64,000 nucleotides of DNA, taken from positions 108,440-172,439 of the forward strand of contig BPIC01000007.1 of assembly GCA_026003895.1 (NCBI GenBank). The letters are read 5' to 3'. Made by a program: the position numbers and the translations under genes. Position 1 is the stretch's first letter, and each line of letters begins with the position of its first letter. Of this stretch, positions 30,399-40,907 are shown piece after piece. The notes beneath the pieces were generated by a model that saw nothing but the letters and a program-made list of their open reading frames with translations, was not told where the DNA came from and did no database searches. The DNA comes from Dehalococcoidia bacterium (GTDB lineage Bacteria > Chloroflexota > Dehalococcoidia > SpSt-223).

Positions 30399-32450
30399 CG
30401 CGGCGGGCGACCGCCGATGGCCGAACGACGACGCTAGCCACGCTGAGTGCGACGATCCCTACAATCACGGCGAGCGCAGCAAGCGAGACCGTCGTCCCCA
30501 GCCGCTCGGCAGGGCCAGGCAGGTAGCGCAGCGTCACCTCGTAGCCGACCCCCTCTGGCAGGCGCAGCAGCGTCAACCCGGTCTTGTCCGGCTCAATGGC
30601 CACCGGCCCAACAGTCGACTCGGCCGTCCAGAGGGGGAAGTAGGTCTGCTTCAGGAGCGCTTCGGCGCCTGCCTCGGCGCGGTCCACCTGCACCCGGATT
30701 GCGCCGTGGTCGGTGACGGCGCGAAGCCGCGCACGATCGCTTTCGATCAGGGTCGGGGCATAGTCGCGGACTCGGTAGATGTTGTACTGCGGGTCGGAGA
30801 GCACCACCTCGAAAGCCGGCGACCGATCGAGATAGGTCCGCGTCCAGAGGTCATATTCTGTGGCGACGACGTCGGTAACGTTCAACTTGCGCAGCGCGGC
30901 GAGCAGCGCCGCCTCGTCCATTGCTCTCCAAGGCAGGCCGAAGATCGTCTGATCGTCTTTGAGGTCGGTGCGCTCGGTCATCATGCGCGGCCGATCACTG
31001 CCGTGCCAGTAATAGGTCGAGATTGGGGTCCAGTGCTGAAAGGTGCCGCCGATGCTCTCGCGGCCGGCGAGCACCGGGGCCAGCGCCATCAAATAGGAGG
31101 GGACGGTCGTTCCCGTCTGCCGCAGCCGGAACACCGATGACGTGAAGAGCACGCGTCCCCCCGGGATTGGCGCGGAGGGTGTCCCAGAGCGCGTCCAGCC
31201 GATAGGCAGCAGTCGCGTGTCGCAGGAAGCGCGGCTCGCTGCCCGGGGCGGGGCGGTAATACTCCAGCCAGCGAGGGAACGGCTGGACCACGAGCCAGAT
31301 GAGCAGTGCGGTCGCGACGCTGGCCATGAGCGTCCCCCAACGCTGGCCGGCGTTCCGCACTTGCGCGAAGGCGAGGCGAATTCCATCGACGAACCCAGCT
31401 GCCGCCAGCAGGAGCACCGCGAGATAGACATCCTCGATGAAGCGGATTGGGTCGAGGGCTGCCGTCCCGAGACGGTCAACGAGCACCAGCCAGTTGAAGA
31501 GCATGAAGACGAGGACGAGTGCTGGCGCGATGGCGAGGGCGAGCAACAGCCCGCGCTCGCGCGGCGGGGGCGACGGCCGCTCGGACGAGTCCCCACGCGG
31601 CGAAGATGAGGAAGAACGGCAGCCGGCCGCCAAGCAGCCAGAATGGCAGCGTCTCGAGCGGGGCGCGCAGCACCGGCGTCGCCAACGCGCTATGCGCGAA
31701 GTACGGGATGAGCCAGAACCCGGTCAGCGCGAGCCCGAGCGCGACCGCTGCGGCGAGCCGAACGAAGGATCGCGCCCGTCGCCGCAGCGGAACGGTGAGG
31801 ACGCTGAGCGCGATGAGCAGCGCCGGCAACAAAAGCCGGAACGGGTGGAGTAGGACGATCGCCGCGACCGTGAGCGCGAGGGCGCCGAGGGGCAGCGCGG
31901 GTCGCCGGCTTTCGGCAAGCCGGATCCCTAGGAGCCAGGCGAGCGGCGCGAGGCCGAGCGCCGGGCGATCTCCGAGCATCCCAATCATCACGCCGCCGAC
32001 GCCGCCATACAGGTCGGTGAAGACGAGGAGGAAGAAGCCTGCCGTCAGGCCGACTGCTCGGCCAAGGCCGATCCGCGACAGCGCGAAATACGCGACGAGG
32101 GGCGGCACAAGGTAGGAGAGGAACAGCAGGAGCTGGTAGATTTGGACGCTGCTGAGCCGGCCAGCGCTGAGCGCCTGAATTGCGAGCCCGGCGAGGCCGT
32201 AACCGGGAGGATAGAACTGCCATTCCGGCCAGCCCGCATACCACGATGGGTTCCAGCCGAGCAGGCCGCCGGGTCCGGCAACATCGAGGAGCCACCACAA
32301 GCGCGTGTAGGTCCCGGGGTTGTCGGCGAAGATGTACAGGTCGTCGACGAGAAGGAAGCCGAGCGCCCACAGCGCGAACGCGCTGAGCGCGGCGCCGGCG
32401 GCGAGATCGGCCGTCCAGCCGGGCATGCGCCGCCCTGGAGCCACATTCAC
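30388..32450 (-). CDS. large polytopic membrane protein (PTPS-related/YfhO-like), two apparent +1 frameshifts
   Basis: WNPSWYAGWPEWQFYPP at the N-terminus and KQTYFPLWTA near the C-terminus; frame changes at runs 31566-31570 and 31157-31162. Confidence 0.7.
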
Positions 32451-32473
32451 GAGCTGTGATTATAGGTGGGCGT

Positions 32474-33155
32474 TCAGCTCCTGGCCCGCGTTCCGGCCGG
32501 CGTGGCGACTCCCCAGATCCGGAGCAATTCGTCCACGGTCGTGACAATCCCGAAGCGGTGACGGACATTGGCGAGCGTCGCCTCGTGCAGTTCGGCACTC
32601 CAAGAGGCGCAGGCGTCCTCCGGGACGACGACGTAGTAATCCAACTCGAAGCCAGCGCGGAGCGTCGTTTCGACGCAGGCATTGGTCGAGGTTCCCACCG
32701 GCAGGATGGTCTTGATCCCGTGGCCACGCAAAATCATGTCGAGATCCGTGCCGGTGAAGGCACTATAGCGGTGTTTGCGCACCTCGAGGTCGCCCGGCTG
32801 GGGGGTCGAGACCGTCCACGAGGTCGTGGCCCCACGTGCCGTCGATGCAGACGTCGAGCACACCAAACGTCGCCCGCGAACGGGCGTCGATCCACGGGCC
32901 AGAGTGGCTGAGGCCGCCTGGGATGGTCGTGAACTTTACCCACACGACCAGCCCGCCGGCCGCGCGAAGTCCGTCGGCCAGCCGTCGGATCGCTGGCACA
33001 ATGGCCAGCGCCGCCGAGACGTCGCGTCCGCCCTCGCGCGCTGAGATCCCGTCGCGGGCGCAAAAGTCGTTCTGCATATCGATGACGAGCAGCGCGGTAT
33101 GTTCGGGGCGAACCTTCTCTTCGAGCGTGCGGAGCACCGGAATCTGTGGTGGCAT
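32474..33155 (-). CDS. cysteine hydrolase (isochorismatase family), one apparent +1 frameshift
   Basis: ALLVIDMQNDF...GTWG in one frame and KHRYSAF...TNACVETT in the next; shift at G run 32800-32805. Confidence 0.85.
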
Positions 33156-33253
33156 GCTCTCCTCCCAGCCACAATCGTGCCGGTTATCCGTGCGGAATCC
33201 TCAGCGGGAGGCTGGGGACCGCCTCCCGGCCAATCTCCTCAATCGACTCGGCC

Positions 33254-34686
33254 CTACGCCGGGATCGCGTCGCGCTCGACGGCTTCCGTTGGCCGGGCGC
33301 GACGCCGCAAGACACGCTCCCGCGTCGCAATGTAGGCCAGCGCACAACCCATCAGCGCGAGCGCAGCAGTGACAACCATTGCCTGTTGAAAGACCGGCGT
33401 GAAGCTCGGCGACGTTTCGATCGAGCCGGCGACGACCAGCGTCGTAATCGTAATGCCCAGGGTGTGGCCGTACTGGCGAGTTCAAGTCGATCATCCCCGG
33501 ACGCAAACCCCGCGCTTATCGGCGTCCAAGCTGCTGAGCACGAAGGCGTTATTCGCAGTCTGAAACGAGCCGCCGGACATCCCGAGGAACAACCCGACGG
33601 CCACGATCATGAGATAGGTGACGTCCGGAAGTAGCGCCATGGTCAGCAGGCTGGCAAAGGTCAAGCCGAGCGCGAAAACCTGAAGCACCCCGCGACCGGA
33701 GATAATCCATCAGAAATCCGGTGCCGAGCGCCGCGGCGGTCGCCGCGATGTTGTTGAACACCGCGATGTTCGCTGTCTCCGCCGCTGTCAGTCCAAAGCC
33801 TCGCTCGACGAGGTAGGGGAACATGAACGCCGTCGACATCATCGTCATGTGAAAGCACATATTCGCCAGCACCGAGAGCGTGAACGGTGCGACCGTAAAC
33901 GTGCGCAGGTCAATGAGCGGTTCAGCGGCCCGGCGTTCCCAATAGATGAAGAGCGCGAGCCCGAGCACGGTGATGAAGTGCATGGTGCCGTGATAGGGCC
34001 AGCCGGCTTCGAAGCTCTCCGGCCCGTCGTGGAAATGGCTAAAGGAAAGAACGAGCGACGTGAGCGTGATGGTGAGCAGCGCCGCGCCAACGAAATCGAG
34101 CGCGGGCGGCCGTTCAGGCCGGGTGCCCGATCCCATCCAAAGCGATGTGGTGAGGGCGAATCGCGCCAAACGGCACAACGACGAGGAAGACGGACGGCCA
34201 ACCGGCGACGGAGATAAGCCGGCCGACCAAGAGCGAGGTCAGGACAATCCCGCCCGAGGTTGCCGTGGTGAGCAGTCCGATCGCCTTGCCGCGTTGGCTC
34301 GGCGACACGGCGTTCGCCGCGATCGCCATCGCGTTGCCCGAGACCAGCGCCGCGCCGACGCCCTGAATGAGCCGCAGCGCGATCAGTACGGGCCAGGTCG
34401 GGGCGAATGCGCAGAAGAATCCCGCGACTGTGGTCACAGCGAGGCCAGCGATGAAGACCCGCTTGTGGCCATATAAATCCCCGATGCGACCGGCGAGCAA
34501 CGCCAGGATCGTCAGACTGAGCAAGAAAGCGGTTGCCGCCCAGCTCACGTCCGAAATGGAGACGCCGAAGGCGTCGGCGATGACCGGAAAGGCGATCTGG
34601 ACCGGAAAGAGGGCCGCCAACGCGATAGCGTAGCCGACGGCAGCAGTGAACAGCGCCCAGCCAGAGCGATAGCCGTGTTCATTCAT
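33254..34686 (-). CDS. DHA2/EmrB-like MFS transporter, five apparent +1 frameshifts
   Basis: GRIGDLYGHKR, LRLIQGVGAA, LDFVGA, ERRAAEPLIDL; continues to TAG at 33254-33256 once single extra bases are removed. Confidence 0.75.
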
Positions 34687-34772
34687 CAGGGGTCTCCAGC
34701 GGCCAGTATAGCACGGGTCTTGTATACGGAGATCGGATCGTGCGGTATCATGCGCCGCGAACGGAGGTTGAC

Positions 34773-35591
34773 GTGGCTCAAACGAAGCGTGGCTTCATCG
34801 ACACCCCACACGGCCAGATTCACTACCGCGCCGGCGGTGAGGGGCCGCCCGTCGTCGTCCTCCACCCGACGCCGGCATCGGCGCGCGCGATGTTGCCGCT
34901 GATTGAGGCGCTGATCGACCGAGGATTCCGCGGCATCGGGATGGACACGATGGGCTTCGGCGACTCGGATCGCCCTCCTCAGCCCTACACGACCCAGCAC
35001 GAGTACGCGCAGACCGTCGCTTGGCTGGTAAGCGGCCTCGGCTACGATCGCGTCAATCTCGTTGGCATTCTCACCGGTTCGCAAATCGCGATGCAGACCG
35101 CCGCCGACTTCCCCAGCGTTGTCGAGACGCTCGTCCTCCAAGAGCCGTTCAACTGGGGAACACCATCACGACGCGCCGTCCATGAGCGGTTACACCGGTA
35201 CCACCGTCGCGACCCCGAAGGGAAGTACCTCCTCGAGCTCTGGGAGCGCTCCCGCGGCGACGACCTGCGGACGCGCGAAGCACGGTTCAAAGATCTGTTG
35301 ACCGTCAACGATGACCTCGGCGCCGAGGTGTATGGGACGATGGGCTGGGAAGGTGCGGCGACGTGGTCGATGTGCCGTACTGACATTTGGGAAGTAACGC
35401 CGCGCATTCCAGCGCCGACGCTGGTGACCTATGTCGAAAACAGCGAGTTGCAGCGGGCCTACGACAAGTTTCTGGCCACGCTTCCGAATGGGCGAGGAAT
35501 GTTGAACGCCCCGGCGGCGTTGCGCGAGCCCGGCAAGTTCGCGGATGTCATCGCCGAGTTCATCCGCAGCGCCACGAGCGTCGGCGCCTAG
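34773..35591 (+). CDS. alpha/beta-fold hydrolase-like protein
   Basis: RGFIDTPHGQIHYR, VVVLHPTP, DTMGFGDSD; elbow reads GILTG; GGAGG before GTG. Confidence 0.8.
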   Translation: MAQTKRGFIDTPHGQIHYRAGGEGPPVVVLHPTPASARAMLPLIEALIDRGFRGIGMDTMGFGDSDRPPQPYTTQHEYAQTVAWLVSGLGYDRVNLVGILTGSQIAMQTAADFPSVVETLVLQEPFNWGTPSRRAVHERLHRYHRRDPEGKYLLELWERSRGDDLRTREARFKDLLTVNDDLGAEVYGTMGWEGAATWSMCRTDIWEVTPRIPAPTLVTYVENSELQRAYDKFLATLPNGRGMLNAPAALREPGKFADVIAEFIRSATSVGA

Positions 35592-35592
35592 C

Positions 35593-36246
35593 CTAGCGTC
35601 CTGCCAGTGCGGTAATGCCGTTCACGGCAAAGACGGCGGCGAGGATGGCCATCGCAATCCCGAGCAAGGCCATCATGGCCTGGTACAGTCGCCGGCTCAT
35701 CAGTCGGACGCCACGAGCCATGGCCACCGCAACGAGGCTATACCATCCAAAATCGGACAGAATGTGTCCAGCAAAGAAGACGGCGAGGCCGACGGCCCCG
35801 AACGTGACGGCTTGGCCGAGCAGTCCCGCACCGACGGTCGCCCACCAAAGCGCCCAGTAGGGATTGCCGAGGGAGAGCAGCGCCCCGGCGGCGAACGCGC
35901 CGCCGACGCCTCGACCCCCGCCGCCGCTGCGCAGCGTCAGCGGATCGGGCAGCGAGGGCACCGTACGGAGCGTTCCCCACGCCATCCAGAGCAGCACTGC
36001 TGCGCCCAGTAATGCCAGCACAGCGAGCAGGCTAGGCTCGCGGACGAACGAGGCGAGCCCCACCCCGAGCGCGATGACCAGCGGCAGCTCGACGGCAGCG
36101 TGGCCGAGCACCAACACCGGCCCGACGAGTGCTCCGTGGCGCGCCGCTGCCGCGACGTTCCAAGTGAGCATTGGTCCCGGCGAGGCCGCTCCAGACAGAC
36201 CCGTCAAAAACGCAGCGAGAAAGAGCGCTGGCAGCCCGGTCTCCAT
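35593..36246 (-). CDS. LysE-family exporter
   Basis: SGAASPGP, LGHAAVE, NPYWALWW, GHILSD. Confidence 0.88.
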   Translation of the reverse strand: METGLPALFLAAFLTGLSGAASPGPMLTWNVAAAARHGALVGPVLVLGHAAVELPLVIALGVGLASFVREPSLLAVLALLGAAVLLWMAWGTLRTVPSLPDPLTLRSGGGGRGVGGAFAAGALLSLGNPYWALWWATVGAGLLGQAVTFGAVGLAVFFAGHILSDFGWYSLVAVAMARGVRLMSRRLYQAMMALLGIAMAILAAVFAVNGITALAGR

Positions 36247-36253
36247 TGGCTGC

Positions 36254-37753
36254 TCAGTTCACCGGTCGGCCCGGCTCGTCGGCGGTCATCTCGACCGCGC
36301 CGTTACTGCTCGGCGTCTTCACCTCGAGGTCTGTCGTCCTTGCCAGTCCGGTTGCCTCCTCCATGCTGCTCGGCCCGGCTGCTGGCGTGCCTGCCCCACC
36401 GGCTGAGTGCGCCGCAGTCGAAACTGGCACAGAGCTGCGTACCGCGGCGCGAATGCTTCGGGTCTGCCGAATCGAGAACCACGCGACGCCAAGGACCCCA
36501 ATTCCAACGAGCCCGAGCACCATGAGCACCCCGAACTGATCGGCAAGCTGCCCAGCGAAGACGAGCGGAACGATCGAGGCGAGGCTGCCGAACATCAGCT
36601 GGATTGCGAAGACTCGCCCGCGCATATCGACCGGGGCGCGCTCCTGCAAGATCGTCTGGGCGGTGACGTTCACAAAGGCGAGCCCGATGCCCATCGCAAG
36701 CGCCGTGATACCGACTACGATGAGCGTCACCGTCAAGGCGTCGCTGCCGGGCTGGAGCGTGCCGCCGCTGAATGCCCGTTCGATTGCGGGCACCGCCGCG
36801 ATCAGCAGCATCCCGACCCCGAAGACCAGCAAGCCAAAATTGACGATCGACAGCAGCCGGAAGCGGCGGGAGATGCGCGTCAGCAGCGCGGTGCCGGCCA
36901 AGATGCCCAGACCGGCGGGCCCGAAGACGAGGTAGGTGTCGTCTGCGCCGAGGTTCAGCTCGCGCGAGATGAACCCAGGAGCGAGCGTAGCCAAGATCAG
37001 CGTCAGCGTCGTCACGACGGTGAGGTGGACCATCGCGAGGCTAATCGTGAGGTCGCCACGCAACAGCCGCCAGCCGGCCACAATCTCCTCTGCGACGCCA
37101 CGCAAAAAGCCGCCATCCCGGCCGAGGCTTTCGCCCCGGTCGCTGGGTAACCGAATCAAAATCAGCGAGCAGAACACGTAGGCGACAGCGACGCCGATCA
37201 AGGTCGCTTGGGCGCCAAAGGCCTTGGTCAGCGGCGGGCCGAGCGCGATGAACCCCAGCACCTGTGACAAGTTAAACGTAATGTTGAACAACCCGTTTGC
37301 CGAGATTAGCCGATTGCGAGAGACGATCCGCGGGATCATCGCCGCCTCGGCTGGCAAGAAAAACTGGCTGATTGTCATGAACGTGAAGTTCAGCGCATAA
37401 AAGAGGATCGGCTGTTGTTCAAGGAAAAGGTAGCCGAGCACGGCGACTGCTCGCAGCGCGTTGGTGGCGATGAGCACCCATTTCTTGTTCCAGCGGTCGA
37501 TCAGGACGCCGGAAGCGACGCCGAAGAGCACCGCGGGCAGCACCGTCGAGAGCACGAGCGCGCTCATGTGCGCCGAGGAACGGGTGCGCTCCTCGACAAA
37601 CACCATCAGCGTGAAGAAGGTGAGGTTCTGGACGGTCTGGGAGACGGCTTGGGCTGTCCAGAGCGCGAGAAAATTCGGGTTGCGGTAGACGGGCACATCT
37701 GCCGGCCCGCCCGGCTCGGCGCCAGTAAGGTGGGAGAAGCTCACATTTGGCAT
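36254..37753 (-). CDS. MFS transporter
   Basis: FLALWTAQAVSQ, GVLIDRWNKK, QFFLPAE, QTILQE...MRGRVF; start uncertain. Confidence 0.88.
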   Translation of the reverse strand: MPNVSFSHLTGAEPGGPADVPVYRNPNFLALWTAQAVSQTVQNLTFFTLMVFVEERTRSSAHMSALVLSTVLPAVLFGVASGVLIDRWNKKWVLIATNALRAVAVLGYLFLEQQPILFYALNFTFMTISQFFLPAEAAMIPRIVSRNRLISANGLFNITFNLSQVLGFIALGPPLTKAFGAQATLIGVAVAYVFCSLILIRLPSDRGESLGRDGGFLRGVAEEIVAGWRLLRGDLTISLAMVHLTVVTTLTLILATLAPGFISRELNLGADDTYLVFGPAGLGILAGTALLTRISRRFRLLSIVNFGLLVFGVGMLLIAAVPAIERAFSGGTLQPGSDALTVTLIVVGITALAMGIGLAFVNVTAQTILQERAPVDMRGRVFAIQLMFGSLASIVPLVFAGQLADQFGVLMVLGLVGIGVLGVAWFSIRQTRSIRAAVRSSVPVSTAAHSAGGAGTPAAGPSSMEEATGLARTTDLEVKTPSSNGAVEMTADEPGRPVN

Positions 37754-37859
37754 CGCGCCAGTGGCTCGGACATCGCGCGCCTTTCCTGCCCAGCGGGGCG
37801 TCCGCCGGCTCCTCTGCCGGCTGCACCCCCAATGATAGGCGCTTTCTTCGGTCGGGACG

Positions 37860-38069
37860 TCACGCGAGCGGTGGCTCCGGCCCACGTGCAAGGAACGCCT
37901 TGATGCGTCGCTCGAAGACCGGGCGTTCGATCATCACCCGATGGTTACAGGTGAGGCAACGCGCCGCGACGTCCGCACCGGTGCGCATTACCCGCCAGTC
38001 AGTGCCGCCACAGGGATGAGGCTTGCGCAGGCGGACCACATCGCCAACTCGGATTTCGACAATCGCCAT
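37860..38069 (-). CDS. DUF951-family protein
   Basis: GDVVRLRKPHPCGG..W...RTGAD....CLTC. Confidence 0.88.
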   Translation of the reverse strand: MAIVEIRVGDVVRLRKPHPCGGTDWRVMRTGADVAARCLTCNHRVMIERPVFERRIKAFLARGPEPPLA

Positions 38070-38093
38070 CGCCTTCACAGTATAGCTGGCCGC

Positions 38094-38897
38094 CTATTCA
38101 TCGTCGGGGTCAACGATCGATTGCCAGCGCCTTCGGCGCAGCACATCGGCCGCGTGGCTGAGCGGGTTCAGAGCAGCGAGCCATTCGAGCGGGACACCGC
38201 GCTCCGGCCGGCGCTTGCGCAGTTTTGCGCTCGCTTCGATCAGCTTGGCACGCCGCTCCTCGGCACGTTGCTCGGCGCCTCGGTCGTGCTCGTCGGCCGG
38301 AACATCGGTTGGCGGAAAGAGCGGCTGCGGCACACCCGGGTCGGAGCCCGGCGGAGGAATCGGCGGTGGGACGGCAACTTCTGGCCACCCGTGTTCGCCG
38401 GCGAGCGGCCGATAGGCAGCAAGCAACGGCTCAAGCCGTCGCTCGATCCGAATCGGGGCTTTCTGGAGGAAGGCCTGCGGCACAATCATGTTGAAGCGAG
38501 CAAGCTTGGCGCGCAGCTCCTCAGCGATCCCCCCGGCTCGTCCCAAATAGCGTCGCTGGATCGACTCGACACCCAGCCGGCGGCGGGCACGCTCACGCGG
38601 CCCGAGGGCGCGCAGTTCGGGCCCGACAAGTTCGAGCCACCGTCGCTGCTCCGCGAGCAGCGACTCGAGCATGTCGTGGAGGGCGTCGATCTCCTTCGCC
38701 AGTTCAATCCACGCCGGCAGGATCCCGGCATTCTGCAGCACTTTGTTGGCCGCCCATTGGTCGCGGTCGACGATCTCATCGTGACCGAGGTCGAGCGGCC
38801 TGCCGCGTCCGCGCAGATCGCGAAACTGGCCCTCTTCCATTGCCTCGCGGATACGTCGCTCGGCGAGGCTTTCCGGCTGGTTCTGCTCGCGTTGAAT
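38094..38897 (-). CDS. DUF1992-domain protein
   Basis: ESLAERRIREAMEEGQF.DL.GRGRPL...LQNAG.LP.WIEL; start codon uncertain (see findings). Confidence 0.8.
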   Translation of the reverse strand: MQREQNQPESLAERRIREAMEEGQFRDLRGRGRPLDLGHDEIVDRDQWAANKVLQNAGILPAWIELAKEIDALHDMLESLLAEQRRWLELVGPELRALGPRERARRRLGVESIQRRYLGRAGGIAEELRAKLARFNMIVPQAFLQKAPIRIERRLEPLLAAYRPLAGEHGWPEVAVPPPIPPPGSDPGVPQPLFPPTDVPADEHDRGAEQRAEERRAKLIEASAKLRKRRPERGVPLEWLAALNPLSHAADVLRRRRWQSIVDPDDE

Positions 38898-38989
38898 TGA
38901 TTCGGCTCCGTCGTCGGTAGTGTCTTCAGTGTAGCGCCGGCTGCCAACCGTCGCGACCGTGCCGTACACTCCTACGAGGAGCACATCGA

Positions 38990-40060
38990 ATGGATCTGCC
39001 GACCCGTCTTCAGCAACTGGCGCTCGGCGCAACCCTCGTCGACCGGTTCGGTTGGACGGTTCCGCAGGACTACGGCGACGTTCTGGCCGAGGCGATCGCG
39101 GTACGGCGCGGCGCTGGGCTGGCCGATCGCTCTGACCGCGGCAAAATTCGTCTTGGCGGACCGGATCGCGTTCGTTTTCTTCAAGCGATCGTCAGCAATG
39201 ATGTCGCGGTGGTCGCGCCAGGACGCGGAATCTACGGCCTTGGCCTGAACCATAAAGGGCAGATTGCGGCCGAATTCCCGATTCTTCCGTGGGGCGAGGG
39301 GTTGTTGCTCACCGTGGAGCCGGAGGAGCGCGCCTTCGTCGTTGGCTGGCTCCGTCGCTTCAAGCTGCGCAGCAAGGTGGAGATCGTCGACGTCACCGAG
39401 ACGATCGGCCTGCTCTCGCTTGCTGGCCCAGAGGCGCCGTCGCGGCTTGAGGAGTGGTTGGGCGAGCCGATCTCACTCGGGCGAGAGGAAGTCGCCGAAC
39501 GGGTTTGGACCGGGGTCCCCTTGCTCATCGCCGGGAACCGTGATTTAGGTGAGATCGGCTTTGATCTCTATCTGCCGGTCGAGCGGGTCGGCGCGGCCTG
39601 GGACGCGCTCCTTGCGACGGGCGGGGTCCGGCCGATCGGTCGTGCCGCTTGGGAGGCGTTGCGCATCGAGGCGGGCACACCGCGCTACGGCCCGGAGTTG
39701 AACGAATCAACGCTGCCGCCCGAAGCGCGGTTGGAGGAGCGGGCAATCTCCTATTCGAAGGGATGCTACCCCGGCCAGGAGATTGTCGCCCGAATCAAGA
39801 ACCGCGGCCATGTCAATCGATTCTTGCGCGGCCTCGTGTTCGAAGAAGGTCCTGTCCCGGCTGCCGGCGCAGCGCTTCATGCCAATGGTCGGCAAGTCGG
39901 CACGGTCACCAGCGCCGCGTTCTCGCCGACTCTCGGCAAGCCCATCGCGCTAGCCTACGTCCGTCGGGAAATCGTCCCCGGCGAGCGCGTTTGCCTCGAC
40001 GACGGCCGCGAGGCAACCGTCGTCGAAACGCCATTTGTCGCGCACGAGTTCGTCCGATGA
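38990..40060 (+). CDS. YgfZ/GcvT-like folate-binding aminomethyltransferase-family protein
   Basis: GPDRVRFLQ, LRIEAG.P, KGCYPGQE signature, GTVTSA.FSP. Confidence 0.92.
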   Translation: MDLPTRLQQLALGATLVDRFGWTVPQDYGDVLAEAIAVRRGAGLADRSDRGKIRLGGPDRVRFLQAIVSNDVAVVAPGRGIYGLGLNHKGQIAAEFPILPWGEGLLLTVEPEERAFVVGWLRRFKLRSKVEIVDVTETIGLLSLAGPEAPSRLEEWLGEPISLGREEVAERVWTGVPLLIAGNRDLGEIGFDLYLPVERVGAAWDALLATGGVRPIGRAAWEALRIEAGTPRYGPELNESTLPPEARLEERAISYSKGCYPGQEIVARIKNRGHVNRFLRGLVFEEGPVPAAGAALHANGRQVGTVTSAAFSPTLGKPIALAYVRREIVPGERVCLDDGREATVVETPFVAHEFVR

Positions 40061-40173
40061 TTGTGCTCGAGACAGAGACCGCGCCGGTCGCGTCCAGTGC
40101 GATCGCCGTCGTTGCCACGCTGCTTTCCCTCATCGCGGGTGGGCTCTGGCGGCGCCGCCGGGGCGGCTGTTGA
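40057..40173 (+). CDS. putative 38-aa single-pass membrane peptide
   Basis: ATGA overlap with the upstream stop; MIVLETETAPVASSAIAVVATLLSLIAGGLWRRRRGGC. Confidence 0.4.
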   Translation: MIVLETETAPVASSAIAVVATLLSLIAGGLWRRRRGGC

Positions 40174-40186
40174 GGGCGTCGTTGGT

Positions 40187-40831
40187 TTAGCCGTCCGGGA
40201 GGGGCGGCACGTCGGAGCGAGAAGGGCTGATCGGCCGAAGCACGACCCAGAGCGCGATCGCCGCAACGAGGGCTGTCGCGCCAAGGCCAAGGACGAACGG
40301 CCTGCTGGTGGTAGGCGGCGGCGGCGGGGGCACGGCTTGGCGCGCCGGCTCGTTCGGGGCGCGGCGGCGCGCCAATTCAAGTCGAAGGCTTTCTTCACCA
40401 CGCTTCATCGCCCAGCGGTGGTTCGCTTCGAAGACCGGCCGTAGGATGGGCGTGAGCGCCTTGAGCAATGGCTTCTCGGCGCGGATCTGCCAATCGTAGG
40501 TGACCTCGACGGCATTTCCGACTTGGACGAACGTCCAAACGCCGCGACCAACGAAATCGCCTTCTGCCACGAGGGCGAATCTCCGCGGCTCGTCACTTTC
40601 GGTGATGCGCAGCCGCCAGCGGAGCGTGTAGGGCAGCCACCCTTTCGTGTAGAGATCGACGAGCGTCCCCACGCCGTTGGCATCGCCCTGTTCGAGAGTG
40701 ACGACGTCGAGATACACCGAGGGCCACCACCGCTTCAGCCCCTCGGCATCAGACAGGATGTCAAACACCTCTTCGCGCCGCACGTTGTCAATCCGCCAGC
40801 GCGTGATGAAGTGATACTCATTACTGCCCAT
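40187..40831 (-). CDS. SRPBCC/polyketide cyclase-fold protein with C-terminal TM helix
   Basis: YHFITRW, WWPSVY, LPYTLRW, GDFVGRG.W, FEANHRWAM..GE. Confidence 0.8.
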   Translation of the reverse strand: MGSNEYHFITRWRIDNVRREEVFDILSDAEGLKRWWPSVYLDVVTLEQGDANGVGTLVDLYTKGWLPYTLRWRLRITESDEPRRFALVAEGDFVGRGVWTFVQVGNAVEVTYDWQIRAEKPLLKALTPILRPVFEANHRWAMKRGEESLRLELARRRAPNEPARQAVPPPPPPTTSRPFVLGLGATALVAAIALWVVLRPISPSRSDVPPLPDG

Positions 40832-40907
40832 GATGTGGCCTCATTTCGGAAACCAGCATAGCGCGTTTTTCCGCGCCGTGATGGCGGACCAGGGCCGGTA
40901 ATCCGGA

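Noticed and set aside
31157-34165. Programmed frameshifting or phase variation
   Set aside because: Runs are short (2-6 nt), differ from each other, and hit three unrelated genes; sequencing error is simpler.
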